Shown here in pieces: positions 13,601-29,999 of a DNA stretch of 64,000 nucleotides (position 1 is the stretch's first letter; every line of letters begins with the position of its first letter). The stretch comes from Eledone cirrhosa. Its lineage: Eukaryota. The notes beneath the pieces were generated by a model, which saw only the letters and a list, made by a program, of their open reading frames with translations, was not told the origin of the DNA and did no database searches. A program made the position numbers and the translations under genes. The stretch covers positions 22,568,001 to 22,632,000 of the forward strand of contig OZ024742.1 in assembly GCA_964016885.1 (NCBI GenBank), read 5' to 3'.

Positions 13601-15570
13601 GACACACGTATCGCGGTATCAAATTACCAAGAGATTCCCCCCTCTTCTGTCATCTTAATTCACTGAAACAGAGACACAAGTATCGCGGTATCAAATTACC
13701 AAGATATTCCCACTCTTCTGTCATCTTAACTCACTGAAACAGAGACACAAGTATCCCGGTATCAAATTACCAAGAGATTACCACTCTTCTGTCACCTTAA
13801 TTCACTGAAACAGAGACACAAGTATCGCGGTATCAAATTACCAAGATATTCCCACTCTTCTGTCACCTTAACTCACTGAAACAGAGACACAAGTATCCGG
13901 GTATCAAATTACCAGGAGATTCCCCCCTCTTCTGTCACCTTAACTCACTGACACAGAGACACAAGTATCGCTGTATCAAATTACCAAGAGATTACCACAC
14001 TTCTGTCACCTTAACTCACTGAAACAGAGACACAAGTATCGCGGTATCAAATTACCTAGAGATTCCCCACTCTTCTGTCACCTTAACTCAATAAAACAGA
14101 GACACAAGTATCGCGGTATCAAATTACCAAGAGATTCCCCACTCTTCTGTCACCTTAACTCGCTGAAACAGAGACACAAGTATCGCGGTATCAAATTACC
14201 AAGATATTCCCACTCTTCTGTCACCTTAACTCACTGAAACAGAGACACAAGTATCGCGGTATCAAATTACCAAGAGATTCCCACTCTTCTGTCACCTTAA
14301 CTCACTGAAACAGTGACACAAGTATCGCGGTATCAAATTACCAAGAGATTCCCCACTCTTCTGTCACCTTAACTCGCTGAAACAGAGACACAAGTATCGC
14401 GGTATCAAATTACCAAGATATTCCCACTCTTCTGTCACCTTAACTCACTGAAACAGAGACACAGGTATCGCGGTATCAAATTACCAAGAGATTCCCACTC
14501 TTCTGTCACATTAACTCACTGAAACAGAGAGACAAGTATCGCGGTATCAAATTACCAAGAGATTCCCCACTCTTCTGTCACCTTAACTCGCTGAAACAGA
14601 GACACAAGTATCGCGGTATCAAATTACCAAGATATTCCCACTCTTCTGTCACCTTAACTCACTGAAACAGAGACACAAGTATCCCGGTATCAAATTACCA
14701 GGAGATTCCCCCCTCTTCTGTCACCTTAACTCACTGAAACAGAGACACAAGTATCGCGGTATCAAATTACCAAGAGATTACCACTCTTCTGTCACCTTAA
14801 CTCACTGAAACAGAGACACAAATATCGCGGTATCAAATTACCAAGAGATTCCCACTCTTCTGTCACATTAACTCACTGAAACAGAGACACAAGTATCGCG
14901 GTATCAAATTACCAGGAGATTCCCCCCTCCTCTGTCACCTTAACTCACTGAAACAGAGACACAAGTATCGCGGTAATAAATTACCAAGATATTCCAACGC
15001 CCTGTCACGTTAACACACTAAAATATAGACACAAGTATCGCGGTAATAAATTACCAAGAGATTCCCACTCTTCTGTCACCTTAACTCACTGAAACAGAGA
15101 CACAAGTATCGCGGTATCAAATTACCAAGATATTCCCACTCTTCTGTCACCTTAACTCACTGAAACAGAGACACAAGTATCCCGGTATCAAATTACCAGG
15201 AGATTCCCCCCACTTCTGTCACCTTAACTCACTGAAACAGAGACACAAGTATCGCGGTATCAAATTACCAAGAGATTACCACTCTTCTGTCACCTTAACT
15301 CACTGAAACAGAGACACAAGTATCGCGGTATCAAATTACCAAGAGATTCCCACTCTTCTGTCACATTAACTCACTGAAACAGAGACACAAGTATCGCGGT
15401 ATCAAATTACCAGGAGATTCCCCCCTCTTCTGTCACCTTAACTCATTGAAACAGAGACACAAGTATCGCGGTAATAAATTACCAAGATATTCCAACGCCC
15501 TGTCACGTTAACACACTAAAATATAGACACAAGTATCGCGGTATCAAATTACCAAGAGATTCCCCCTCTT
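11800..15570. repeat. Overlapping duplication of a 28-monomer block (period 1996 bp)
   Basis: ACCTAGAG at 12061/14057; the CAGTGACAC, GAGAGACAA and CTCATTGAA variants repeat at the same offset. Confidence 0.85.
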
Positions 15571-15599
15571 CTGTCACCTTAACTCACTGAAACAGAGAC

Positions 15600-18500
15600 A
15601 CAAGTATCCCGGTATCAAATTACCAGGAGATTCCCCCCTCTTCTGTCACCTTAACTCACTGAAACAGAGACACAAGTATCGCGGTATCAAATTACCAAGA
15701 GATTACCACTCTTCTGTCACCTTAACTCACTGAAACAGAGACACAAATATCGCGGTATCAAATTACCAAGAGATTCCCACTCTTCTGTCACATTAACTCA
15801 CTGAAACAGAGACACAAGTATCGCGGTATCAAATTACCAGGAGATTCCCCCCTCCTCTGTCACCTTAACTCACTGAAACAGAGACACAAGTATCGCGGTA
15901 ATAAATTACCAAGATATTCCAACGCCCTGTCACGTTAACACACTAAAATATAGACACAAGTATCGCGGTAATAAATTACCAAGAGATTCCCACTCTTCTG
16001 TCACCTTAACTCACTGAAACAGAGACACAAGTATCGCGGTATCAAATTACCAAGATATTCCCACTCTTCTGTCACCTTAACTCACTGAAACAGAGACACA
16101 AGTATCCCGGTATCAAATTACCAGGAGATTCCCCCCACTTCTGTCACCTTAACTCACTGAAACAGAGACACAAGTATCGCGGTATCAAATTACCAAGAGA
16201 TTACCACTCTTCTGTCACCTTAACTCACTGAAACAGAGACACAAGTATCGCGGTATCAAATTACCAAGAGATTCCCACTCTTCTGTCACATTAACTCACT
16301 GAAACAGAGACACAAGTATCGCGGTATCAAATTACCAGGAGATTCCCCCCTCTTCTGTCACCTTAACTCATTGAAACAGAGACACAAGTATCGCGGTAAT
16401 AAATTACCAAGATATTCCAACGCCCTGTCACGTTAACACACTAAAATATAGACACAAGTATCGCGGTATCAAATTACCAAGAGATTCCCCCTCTTCTGTC
16501 ACCTTAACTCACTAAAACAGAGACACACGTATCGCGGTATCAAATTACCAAGAGATTCCCCCCTCTTCTGTCATCTTAATTCACTGAAACAGAGACACAA
16601 GTATCGCGGTATCAAATTACCAAGATATTCCCACTCTTCTGTCATCTTAACTCACTGAAACAGAGACACAAGTATCCCGGTATCAAATTACCAAGAGATT
16701 ACCACTCTTCTGTCACCTTAATTCACTGAAACAGAGACACAAGTATCGCGGTATCAAATTACCAAGATATTCCCACTCTTCTGTCACCTTAACTCACTGA
16801 AACAGAGACACAAGTATCCGGGTATCAAATTACCAGGAGATTCCCCCCTCTTCTGTCACCTTAACTCACTGACACAGAGACACAAGTATCGCTGTATCAA
16901 ATTACCAAGAGATTACCACTCTTCAGTCACCTTAACTCACTGAAATATAGACACAAGTATCTCGGTATCAAATTACCAAGAGATTCCCACTCTTCTGTCC
17001 CCTTAACTCACTGAAACAGAGACACAAGTATCGCGGTATCAAATTACCAAGAGATTCCCCACTCTTCTGTAACCTTAACTCGCTGAAACAGAGACACAAG
17101 TATCGCGGTATCAAATTACCAACAGATTCCCACTCTTCTGTCACCTTAACTCACTGAAACAGAGACACAGGTATCGCGGTATCAAATTACCAAGAGATTC
17201 CCACTCTTCTGTCACATTAACTCACTGAAACAGAGACACAAGTATCGCGGTATCAAATTACCAAGAGATTCCCCACTCTTCTGACACCTTAACTCGCTGA
17301 AACAGAGACACAAGTATCGCGGTATCAAATTACCAAGATATTCCCACTCTTCTGTCACCTTAACTCACTGAAACAGAGACACAAGTATTCCGGTATCAAA
17401 TTACCAGGAGATTCCCCCCTCTTCTGTAACCTTAACTCACTGAAACAGAGACACAAGTATCGCGGTATCAAATTACCAAGAGATTACCACTCTTCTGTCA
17501 CCTTAACTCACTGAAACAGAGACACAAATATCGCGGTATCAAATTACCAAGAGATTCCCACTCTTCTGTCACATTAACTCACTGAAACAGAGACACAAGT
17601 ATCGCGGTATCAAATTACCAAGATATTCCCACTCTTCTGTCACCTTAACTCACTGAAACAGAGACACAAGTATCGCGGTATCAAATTACCAAGAGATTCC
17701 CACTCTTCTGTCACATTAACTCACTGAAACAGAGACACAAGTATCGCGGTATCAAATTACCAAGAGATTCCCCACTCTTCTGTCACCTTAACTCGCTGAA
17801 ACAGAGACACAAGTATCGCTGTATCAAATTACCAAGAGATTACCACACTTCTGTCACCTTAACTCACTGAAACAGAGACACAAGTATCGCGGTATCAAAT
17901 TACCAAGAGATTCCCACTCTTCTGTCACATTAACTCACTGAAACAGAGACATAAGTATCGCGGTATCAAATTACCAAGAGATTCCCCACTCTTCTGTCAC
18001 CTTAACTCGCTGAAACAGAGACACAAGTATCGCGGTATCAAATTACCAAGATATTCCCACTCTTCTGTCACCTTAACTCACTGAAACAGAGACACAGGTA
18101 TCGCGGTATCAAATTACCAAGAGATTCCCACTCTTCTGTCACATTAACTCACTGAAACAGAGAGACAAGTATCGCGGTATCAAATTACCAAGAGATTCCC
18201 CACTCTTCTGTCACCTTAACTCGCTGAAACAGAGACACAAGTATCGCGGTATCAAATTACCAAGATATTCCCACTCTTCTGTCACCTTAACTCACTGAAA
18301 CAGAGACACAAGTATCCCGGTATCAAATTACCAGGAGATTCCCCCCTCTTCTGTCACCTTAACTCACTGAAACAGAGACACAAGTATCGCGGTATCAAAT
18401 TACCAAGAGATTACCACTCTTCTGTCACCTTAACTCACTGAAACAGAGACACAAATATCGCGGTATCAAATTACCAAGAGATTCCCACTCTTCTGTCACA

Positions 18501-20800
18501 TTAACTCACTGAAACAGAGACACAAGTATCGCGGTATCAAATTACCTGGAGATTCCCCCCTCCTCTGTCACCTTAACTCACTGAAACAGAGACACAAGTA
18601 TCGCGGTAATAAATTACCAAGATATTCCAACGCCCTGTCACGTTAACACACTAAAATATAGACACAAGTATCGCGGTAATAAATTACCAAGAGATTCCCA
18701 CTCTTCTGTCACCTTAACTCACTGAAACAGAGACACAAGTATCGCGGTATCAAATTACCAAGATATTCCCACTCTTCTGTCACCTTAACTCACTGAAACA
18801 GAGACACAAGTATCCCGGTATCAAATTACCAGGAGATTCCCCCCACTTCTGTCACCTTAACTCACTGAAACAGAGACACAAGTATCGCGGTATCAAATTA
18901 CCAAGAGATTACCACTCTTCTGTCACCTTAACTCACTGAAACAGAGACACAAGTATCGCGGTATCAAATTACCAAGAGATTCCCACTCTTCTGTCACATT
19001 AACTCACTGAAACAGAGACACAAGTATCGCGGTATCAAATTACCAGGAGATTCCCCCCTCTTCTGTCACCTTAACTCATTGAAACAGAGACACAAGTATC
19101 GCGGTAATAAATTACCAAGATATTCCAACGCCCTGTCACGTTAACACACTAAAATATAGACACAAGTATCGCGGTATCAAATTACCAAGAGATTCCCCCT
19201 CTTCTGTCACCTTAACTCACTAAAACAGAGACACACGTATCGCGGTATCAAATTACCAAGAGATTCCCCCCTCTTCTGTCATCTTAATTCACTGAAACAG
19301 AGACACAAGTATCGCGGTATCAAATTACCAAGATATTCCCACTCTTATGTCATCTTAACTCACTGAAACAGAGACACAAGTATCCCGGTATCAAATTACC
19401 AGGAGATTCCCCCCTCTTCTGTCACCTTAACTCACTGACACAGAGTCAGAAGTATCGCTGTATCAAATTACCAAGAGATTACCACTCTTCTGTCACCTTA
19501 ATTCACTGAAACAGAGACACAAGTATCGCGGTATCAAATTACCAAGATATTCCCACTCTTCTGTCACCTTAACTCACTGAAACAGAGACACAAGTATCCG
19601 GGTATCAAATTACCAGGAGATTCCCCCCTCTTCTGTCACCTTAACTCACTGACACAGAGACACAAGTATCGCTGTATCAAATTACCAAGAGATTACCACT
19701 CTTCAGTCACCTTAACTCACTGAAATATAGACACAAGTATCTCGGTATCAAATTACCAAGAGATTCCCACTCTTCTGTCACCTTAACTCACTGAAACAGA
19801 GACACAAGTATCGCGGTATCAAATTACCAAGAGATTCCCCACTCTTCTGTCACCTTAACTCGCTGAAACAGAGACACAAGTATCGCGGTATCAAATTACC
19901 AACAGATTCCCACTCTTCTGTCACCTTAACTCACTGAAACAGAGACACAGGTATCGCGGTATCAAATTACCAAGAGATTCCCACTCTTCTGTCACATTAA
20001 CTCACTGAAACAGAGACACAAGTATCGCGGTATCAAATTACCAAGAGATTCCCCACTCTTCTGTCACCTTAACTCGCTGAAACAGAGACACAAGTATCGC
20101 GGTATCAAATTACCAAGATATTCCCACTCTTCTGTCACCTTAACTCACTGAAACAGAGACACAAGTATTCCGGTATCAAATTACCAGGAGATTCCCCCCT
20201 CTTCTGTCACCTTAACTCACTGAAACAGAGACACAAGTATCGCGGTATCAAATTACCAAGAGATTACCACTCTTCTGTCACCTTAACTCACTGAAACAGA
20301 GACACAAATATCGCGGTATCAAATTACCAAGAGATTCCCACTCTTCTGTCACATTAACTCACTGAAACAGAGACACAAGTATCGCGGTATCAAATTACCA
20401 AGATATTCCCACTCTTCTGTCACCTTAACTCACTGAAACAGAGACACAAGTATCGCGGTATCAAATTACCAAGAGATTCCCACTCTTCTGTCACATTAAC
20501 TCACTGAAACAGAGACACAAGTATCGCGGTATCAAATTACCAAGAGATTCCCCACTCTTCTGTCACCTTAACTTGCTGAAACAGAGACACAAGTATCGCT
20601 GTATCAAATTACCAAGAGATTACCACACTTCTGTCACCTTAACTCACTGAAACAGAGACACAAGTATCGCGGTATCAAATTACCAAGAGATTCCCACTCT
20701 TCTGTCACATTAACTCACTGAAACAGAGACACAAGTATCGCGGTATCAAATTACCAAGAGATTCCCCACTCTTCTGTCACCTTAACTCGCTGAAACAGAG
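15600..20800. repeat. Duplication of a 38/39-monomer block (period 2708-2780 bp)
   Basis: CTCATT at 16367/19075 (2708 bp); AACAGATTCC at 17121/19901 and GTATTCCGG at 17385/20165 (2780 bp). One extra monomer accounts for the shift. Confidence 0.8.
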
Positions 20801-23800
20801 ACACAAGTATCGCGGTATCAAATTACCAAGATATTCCCACTCTTCTGTCACATTAACTCACTGAAACAGAGACACAAGTATCCCGGTATCAAATTACCAG
20901 GAGATTCCCCCCTCTTCTGTCACCTTAACTCACTGAAACAGAGACACAAGTATCGCGGTATCAAATTACCAAGAGATTACCACTCTTCTGTCACCTTAAC
21001 TCACTGAAACAGAGACACAAGTATCGCGGTATCAAATTACCAAGAGATTCCCACTCTTCTGTCACATTAACTCACTGAAACAGAGACACAAGTATCGCGG
21101 TATCAAATTACCAGGAGATTCCCCCCTCTTCTGTCACCTTAACTCACTGAAACAGAGACACAAGTATCGCGGTAATAAATTACCAAGATATTCCAACGCC
21201 CTGTCACGTTAACACACTAAAATATAGACACAAGTATCGCGGTATCAAATTACCAAGAGATTCCCCCTCTTCTGTCACCTTAACTCACTAAAACAGAGAC
21301 ACACGTATCGCGGTATCAAATTACCAAGAGATTCCCCCCTCTTCTGTCATCTTAATTCACTGAAACAGAGACACAAGTATCGCGGTATCAAATTACCAAG
21401 ATATTCCCACTCTTCTGTCATCTTAACTCACTGAAACAGAGACACAAGTATCCCGGTATCAAATTACCAGGAGATTCCCCCCTCTTCTGTCACCTTAACT
21501 CACTGACACAGAGTCACAAGTATCGCTGTATCAAATTACCAAGAGATTACCAGTCTTCTGTCACCTTAATTCACTGAAACAGAGACACAAGTATCGCGGT
21601 ATCAAATTACCAAGATATTCCCACTCTTCTGTCACCTTAACTCACTGAAACAGAGACACAAGTATCCGGGTATCAAATTACCAGGAGATTCCCCCCTCTT
21701 CTGTCACCTTAACTCACTGACACAGAGACACAAGTATCGCTGTATCAAATTACCAAGATATTCCCACTCTTCTGTCACCTTAACTCAATAAAACAGAGAC
21801 ACAAGTATCGCGGTATCAAATTACCAAGAGATTCCCCACTCTTCTGTCACCTTAACTCGCTGAAACAGAGACACAAGTATCGCGGTATCAAATTACCAAG
21901 ATATTCCCACTCTTCTGTCACCTTAACTCACTGAAACAGAGACACAAGTATCGCGGTATCAAATTACCAAGAGATTCCCACTCTTCTGTCACCTTAACTC
22001 ACTGAAACAGAGACACAAGTATCGCGGTATCAAATTACCAAGAGATTCCCCACTCTTCTGTCACCTTAACTCGCTGAAACAGAGACACAAGTATCGCGGT
22101 ATCAAATTACCAAGATATTCCCACTCTTCTGTCACCTTAACTCACTGAAACAGAGACACAGGTATCGCGGTATCAAATTACCAAGAGATTCCCACTCTTC
22201 TGTCACATTAACTCACTGAAACAGAGAGACAAGTATCGCGGTATCAAATTACCAAGAGATTCCCCACTCTTCTGTCACCTTAACTCGCTGAAACAGAGAC
22301 ACAAGTATCGCGGTATCAAATTACCAAGATATTCCCACTCTTCTGTCACCTTAACTCACTGAAACAGAGACACAAGTATCCCGGTATCAAATTACCAGGA
22401 GATTCCCCCCTCTTCTGTCACCTTAACTCACTGAAACAGAGACACAAGTATCGCGGTATCAAATTACCAAGAGATTACCACTCTTCTGTCACCTTAACTC
22501 ACTGAAACAGAGACACAAATATCGCGGTATCAAATTACCAAGAGATTCCCACTCTTCTGTCACATTAACTCACTGAAACAGAGACACAAGTATCGCGGTA
22601 TCAAATTACCAGGAGATTCCCCCCTCCTCTGTCACCTTAACTCACTGAAACAGAGACACAAGTATCGCGGTAATAAATTACCAAGATATTCCAACGCCCT
22701 GTCACGTTAACACACTAAAATATAGACACAAGTATCGCGGTATCAAATTACCAAGAGATTCCCCCTCTTCTGTCACCTTAACTCACTAAAACAGAGACAC
22801 ACGTATCGCGGTATCAAATTACCAAGAGATTCCCCCCTCTTCTGTCATCTTAATTCACTGAAACAGAGACACAAGTATCCCGGTATCAAATTACCAGGAG
22901 ATTGCCCCCTCTTCTGTCACCTTAACTCACTGACACAGAGTCACAAGTATCGCTGTATCAAATTACCAAGAGATTACCACTCTTCTGTCACCTTAATTCA
23001 CTGAAACAGAGACACAAGTATCGCGGTATCAAATTACCAAGATATTCCCACTCTTCTGTCACCTTAACTCACTGAAACAGAGACACAAGTATCCGGGTAT
23101 CAAATTACCAGGAGATTCCCCCCTCTTCTGTCACCTTAACTCACTGACACAGAGACACAAGTATCGCTGTATCAAATTACCAAGAGATTCCCCACTCTTC
23201 TGTCACCTTAACTCAATAAAACAGAGACACAAGTATCGCGGTATCAAATTACCAAGAGATTCCCACTCTTCTGTCACCTTAACTCACTGAAATATAGACA
23301 CAAGTATCTCGGTATCAAATTACCAAGAGATTCCCACTCTTCTGTCACCTTAACTCACTGAAACAGAGACACAAGTATCGCGGTATCAAATTACCAAGAG
23401 ATTCCCCACTCTTCTGTCACCTTAACTCGCTGAAACAGAGACACAAGTATCGCGGTATCAAATTACCAAGATATTCCCACTCTTCTGTCACCTTAACTCA
23501 CTGAAACAGAGACACAGGTATCGCGGTATCAAATTTCCAAGAGATTCCCACTCTTCTGTCACATTAACTCACTGAAACAGAGACACAAGTATCGCGGTAT
23601 CAAATTACCAAGAGATTCCCCACTCTTCTGTCACCTTAACTCGCTGAAACAGAGACACAAGTATCGCGGTATCAAATTACCAAGATATTCCCACTCTTCT
23701 GTCACCTTAACTCACTGAAACAGAGACACAAGTATCCCGGTATCAAATTACCAGGAGATTCCCCCCTCTTCTGTCACCTTAACTCACTGAAACAGAGACA

Positions 23801-26800
23801 CAAGTATCGCGGTATCAAATTACCAAGAGATTACCACTCTTCTGTCACCTTAACTCACTGAAACAGAGACACAAATATCGCGGTATCAAATTACCAAGAG
23901 ATTCCCACTCTTCTGTCACATTAACTCACTGAAACAGAGACACAAGTATCGCGGTATCAAATTACCAGGAGATTCCCCCCTCCTCTGTCACCTTAACTCA
24001 CTGAAACAGAGACACAAGTATCGCGGTAATAAATTACCAAGATATTCCAAGGCCCTGTCACGTTAACACACTAAAATATAGACACAAGTATCGCGGTAAT
24101 AAATTACGAAGAGATTCCCACTATTCTGTCACCTTAACTCACTGAAACAGAGACACAAGTATCGCGGTATCAAATTACCAAGATATTCCCACTCTTCTGT
24201 CACCTTAACTCACTGAAACAGAGACACAAGTATCCCGGTATCAAATTACCAGGAGATTCCCCCCTCTTCTGTCACCTTAACTCACTGAAACAGAGACACA
24301 AGTATCGCGGTATCAAATTACCAAGAGATACCACTCTTCTGTCACCTTAACTCACTGAAACAGAGACACAAGTATCGCGGTATCAAATTACCAAGAGATT
24401 CCCACTCTTCTGTCACATTAACTCACTGAAACAGAGACACAAGTATCGCGGTATCAAATTACCAGGAGATACCCCCTCTTCTGTCACATTAACTCACTGA
24501 AACAGAGACACAAGTATCGCGGTAATAAATTACCAAGATATTCCAACGCCCTGTCACGTTAACACACTAAAATATAGACACAAGTATCGCGGTATCAAAT
24601 TACCAAGATATTCCCACTCTTCTGTCATCTTAACTCACTGAAACAGAGACACAAGTATCCCGGTATCAAATTACCAGGAGATTCCCCCCTCTTCTGTCAC
24701 CTTAACTCACTGACACAGAGTCACAAGTATCGCTGTATCAAATTACCAAGAGATTACCACTCTTCTGTCACCTTAATTCACTGAAACAGAGACACAAGTA
24801 TCGCGGTATCAAATTACCAAGATATTCCCACTCTTCTGTCACCTTAACTCACTGAAACAGAGACACAAGTATCCGGGTATCAAATTACCAGGAGATTCCC
24901 CCCTCTTCTGTCACCTTAACTCACTGACACAGAGACACAAGTATCGCTGTATCAAATTACCTAGAGATTACCACTCTTCAGTCACCTTAACTCACTGAAA
25001 CAGAGACACAAGTATCGCGGTATCAAATTACCAAGAGATTCCCCACTCTTCTGTCACCTTAACTCGCTGAAACAGAGACACAAGTATCGCGGTATCAAAT
25101 TACCAAGATATTCCCACTCTTCTGTCACCTTAACTCACTGAAATATAGACACAAGTATCTCGGTATCAAATTACCAAGAGATTCCCACTCTTCTGTCACC
25201 TTAACTCACTGAAACAGAGACACAAGTATCGCGGTATCAAATTACCAAGAGATTCCCCACTCTTCTGTCACCTTAACTCGCTGAAACAGAGACACAAGTA
25301 TCGCGGTATCAAATTACCAAGATATTCCCACTCTTCTGTCACCTTAACTCACTGAAACAGAGACACAAGTATCCCGGTATCAAATTACCAGGAGATTCCC
25401 CCCTCTTCTGTCAACTTAACTCACTGAAACAGAGACACAAGTATCGCGGTATCAAATTACCAAGAGATTACCACTCTTCTGTCACCTTAACTCACTGAAA
25501 CAGAGACACAAATATCGCGGTATCAAATTACCAAGAGATTCCCACTCTTCTGTCACATTAACTCACTGAAACAGAGACACAAGTATCGCGGTATCAAATT
25601 ACCAGGAGATTCCCCCCTCTTCTGTCACGGTAACTCACTGAAACAGAGACACAAGTATCGCGGTAATAAATTACCAAGATATTCCAACGCCCTGTCACGT
25701 TAACACACTAAAATATAGACACAAGTATCGCGGTAATAAATTACCAAGATATTCCCACTCTTCTGTCACCTTAACTCACTGAAACAGAGACACAAGTATC
25801 GCGGTATCAAATTACCAAGATATTCCCACTCTTCTGTCACCTTAACTCACTGAAACAGAGACACAAGTATCCCGGTATCAAATTACCAGGAGATTCCCCC
25901 CTCTTCTGTCACCTTAAATCACTGACACAGAGACACAAGTATCGCTGTATCAAATTACCAACAGATTACCACTCCTCTGTCACCTTAACTCACTGAAACA
26001 GAGACACAAGTATCGCGGTATCAAATTACCAAGAAATTCCCCACTCTTCTGTCACCTTAACTCAATAAAACAGAGACACACGTATCGCGGTATCAATTTA
26101 CCAAGAGATTCCCACTCTTCTGTCACCTTAATTCACTGAAACAGAGACACAAGTATCGCGGTATCAAATTACCAAGATATTCCCACTCTTCTGTCACCTT
26201 AACTCACTGAAACAGAGACACAAGTATCCCGGTATCAAATTAACAGGAGATTCCCCCCTCTTCTGTCACCTTAACTCACTGACACAGAGTCACAAGTATC
26301 GCTGTATTAAATTACCAAGAGATTACCACTCTTCTGTCACCTTAACTCACTGAAACAGAGACACAAGTATCGCGGTATCAAATTACCAAGAGATTCCCAC
26401 TCTTCTGTCACATTAACTCACTGAAACAGAGACACAAGTATCGCGGTATCAAATTACCAAGAGATTCCCCACTCTTCTGTCACCTTAACTCGCTGAAACA
26501 GAGACACAAGTATCGCGGTATCAAATTACCAAGATATTCCCACTCTTCTGTCACCTTAACTCACTGAAACAGAGACACAAGTATCGCGGTATCAAATTAC
26601 CAAGAGATTCCCACTCTTCTGTCACCTTAACTCACTGAAACAGAGACACAAGTATCGCGGTATCAAATTACCAAGAGATTCCCACTCTTCTGTCACATTA
26701 ACTCACTGAAACAGAGACACAAGTATCGCGGTATCAAATTACCAGGAGATTCCCCCCTCTTCTGTCACCTTAACTCACTAAAACAGAGACACACGTATCG

Positions 26801-29800
26801 CGGTATCAAATTACCAAGAGATTCCCCCCTCTTCTGTCACCTTAATTCACTAAAACAGAGACACACGTATCGCGGTATCAATTTACCAAGAGATTCCCCC
26901 CTCTTCTGTCACCTTAATTCACTGAAACAGAGACACAAGTATCGCGGTATCAAATTACCAAGAGATTCCCACTCTTCTGTCACATTAACTCACTGAAACA
27001 GAGACACAAGTATCCCGGTATCAAATTAACAGGAGATTCCCCCCTCTTCTGTCACCTTAACTCACTGACACAGAGTCACAAGTATCGCTGTATTAAATTA
27101 CCAAGAGATTACCACTCTTCTGTCACCTTAACTCACTGAAACAGAGACACAAGTATCGCGGTATCAAATTACCAAGAGATTCCCACTCTTCTGTCACATT
27201 AACTCACTGAAACAGAGACACAAGTATCGCGGTATCAAATTACCAAGAGATTCCCCACTCTTCTGTCACATTAACTCACTGAAACAGAGACACAAGTATC
27301 GCGGTATCAAATTACCAGGAGATTCGCCCCTCTTCTGTCACCTTAACTCACTAAAACAGAGACACACGTATCGCGGTATCAAATTACCAAGAGATTCCCC
27401 CCTCTTCTGTCACCTTAATTCACTAAAACAGAGACACACGTATCGCGGTATCAATTTACCAAGAGATTCCCCCCTCTTCTGTCACCTTAATTCACTGAAA
27501 CAGAGACACAAGTATCGCGGTATCAAATTACCAAGATATTCCCACTCTTCTGTCACCTTAACTCACTGAAATATAGACACAAGTATCTCGGTATCAAATT
27601 ACCAAGAGATTCCCACTCTTCTGTCACCTTAACTCACTGAAACAGAGACACAAGTATCGCGGTATCAAATTACCAAGAGATTCCCCACTCTTCTGTCACC
27701 TTAACTCGCTGAAACAGAGACACAAGTATCGCGGTATCAAATTACCAAGATATTCCCACAATTCTGTCACCTTAACTCACTGAAACAGAGACACAAGTAT
27801 CCCGGTATCAAATTACCAGGAGATACCCCCCTCTTCTGTCATCTTAACTCACTGAAACAGAGACACAAGTATCGCGGTATCAAATTACCAAGAGATTCCC
27901 CCCTCTTCTGTCACCTTAACTCACTGAAACAGAGACACATGTATCGCGGTAATAAATTACCAAGATATTCCCACTCTTCAGTCACCTTTACTCACTGAAA
28001 CAGAGACACAAGTATCGCGGTATCAAATTATCAAGAGATTCCCACTCTTCTGTCACCTTGACTCACTGAAACAGAGACATAAGTATCGCGGTATCAAATT
28101 ACCAAGAGATTCCCACTCTTCTGTCACCTTAACTCACTGAAATAGAGACACAAGTATCGCGGTATCAAATTACCAGGAGATTCCCCCCTCTTCTGTCACC
28201 TTAACTCACTGAAACAGAGACACAAGTATCGCGGTATCAAATTACCAAGAGATTCCCCCCTCTTCTGTCACCTTAACTCACTGAAACAGAGACACATGTA
28301 TCGCGGTAATAAATTACCAAGATATTCCCACTCTTCTGTCACCTTTACTCACTGAAACAGAGACACAAGTATCGCGGTATCAAATTATCAAGAGATTCCC
28401 ACTCTTTTGTCACCTTGACTCACTGAAACAGAGACATAAGTATCGCGGTATCAAATTACCAACAGATTCCCTCTCTTCTGTCACCTTAACTCACTGAAAC
28501 AGAGACACAAGTATCGCGGTATCAAATTACCAGGAGATTCCCCCCTCTTCTGTCACATTAACTCACTGAAACAGAGACACAAGTATCGCGGTATCAAATT
28601 ACCAGGAGATTCGCCCCTCTTCTGTCACCTTAACTCACTAAAACAGAGACACACGTATCGCGGTATCAAATTACCAAGAGATTCCCCCCTCTTCTGTCAC
28701 CTTAATTCACTAAAACAGAGACACACGTATCGCGGTATCAATTTACCAAGAGATTCCCCCCTCTTCTGTCACCTTAATTCACTGAAACAGAGACACAAGT
28801 ATCGCGGTATCAAATTACCAAGATATTCCCACTCTTCTGTCACCTTAACTCACTGAAACAGAGACACAAGTATCCCGGTATCAAATTACCAGGAGATTCC
28901 CCCCTCTTCTGTCACCTTAACTCACTGACACAGAGTCACAAGTATCGCTGTATTAAATTACCAAGAGATTACCACTCTTCTGTCACCTTAACTCACTGAA
29001 ACAGAGACACAAGTATCGAGGTATCAAATTACCAAGAGATTCCCCACTCTTCTGTCACCTTAACTCAATAAAACAGAGACACATGTATCGCGGTATCAAA
29101 TTACCAAGAGATTCCCACTCTTCTGTCACCTTAACTCACTGAAATATAGACTCAAGTATCTCGGTATCAAATTACCAAGAGATTCCCACTCTTCTGTCAC
29201 CTTAACTCACTGAAACAGAGACACAAGTATCGCGGTATCAAATTACCAAGAGATTCCCCACTCTTCTGTCACCTTAACTCGCTGAAACAGAGACACAAGT
29301 ATCGCGGTATCAAATTACCAAGATATTCCCACAATTCTGTCACCTTAACTCACTGAAACAGAGACACAAGTATCCCGGTATCAAATTACCAGGAGATACC
29401 CCCCTCTTCTGTCATCTTAACTCACTGAAACAGAGACACAAGTATCGCGGTATCAAATTACCAAGATATTCCCACAATTCTGTCACCTTAACTCACTGAA
29501 ACAGAGACACAAGTATCCCGGTATCAAATTACCAGGAGATACCCCCCTCTTCTGTCATCTTAACTCACTGAAACAGAGACACAAGTATCCCGGTATCAAA
29601 TTACCAGGAGATTCCCCCCTCTTCTGTCACCTTAACTCACTGACACAGAGTCACAAGTATCGCTGTATTAAATTACCAAGAGATTACCACTCTTCTGTCA
29701 CCTTAACTCACTGAAACAGAGACACAAGTATCGCGGTATCAAATTACCAAGAGATTCCCCCCTCTTCTGTCACCTTAACTCACTGAAACAGAGACACATG

Positions 29801-29999
29801 TATCGCGGTAATAAATTACCAAGATATTCCCACTCTTCAGTCACCTTTACTCACTGAAACAGAGACACAAGTATCGCGGTATCAAATTATCAAGAGATTC
29901 CCACTCTTCTGTCACCTTGACTCACTGAAACAGAGACATAAGTATCGCGGTATCAAATTACCAAGAGATTCCCACTCTTCTGTCACCTTAACTCACTGA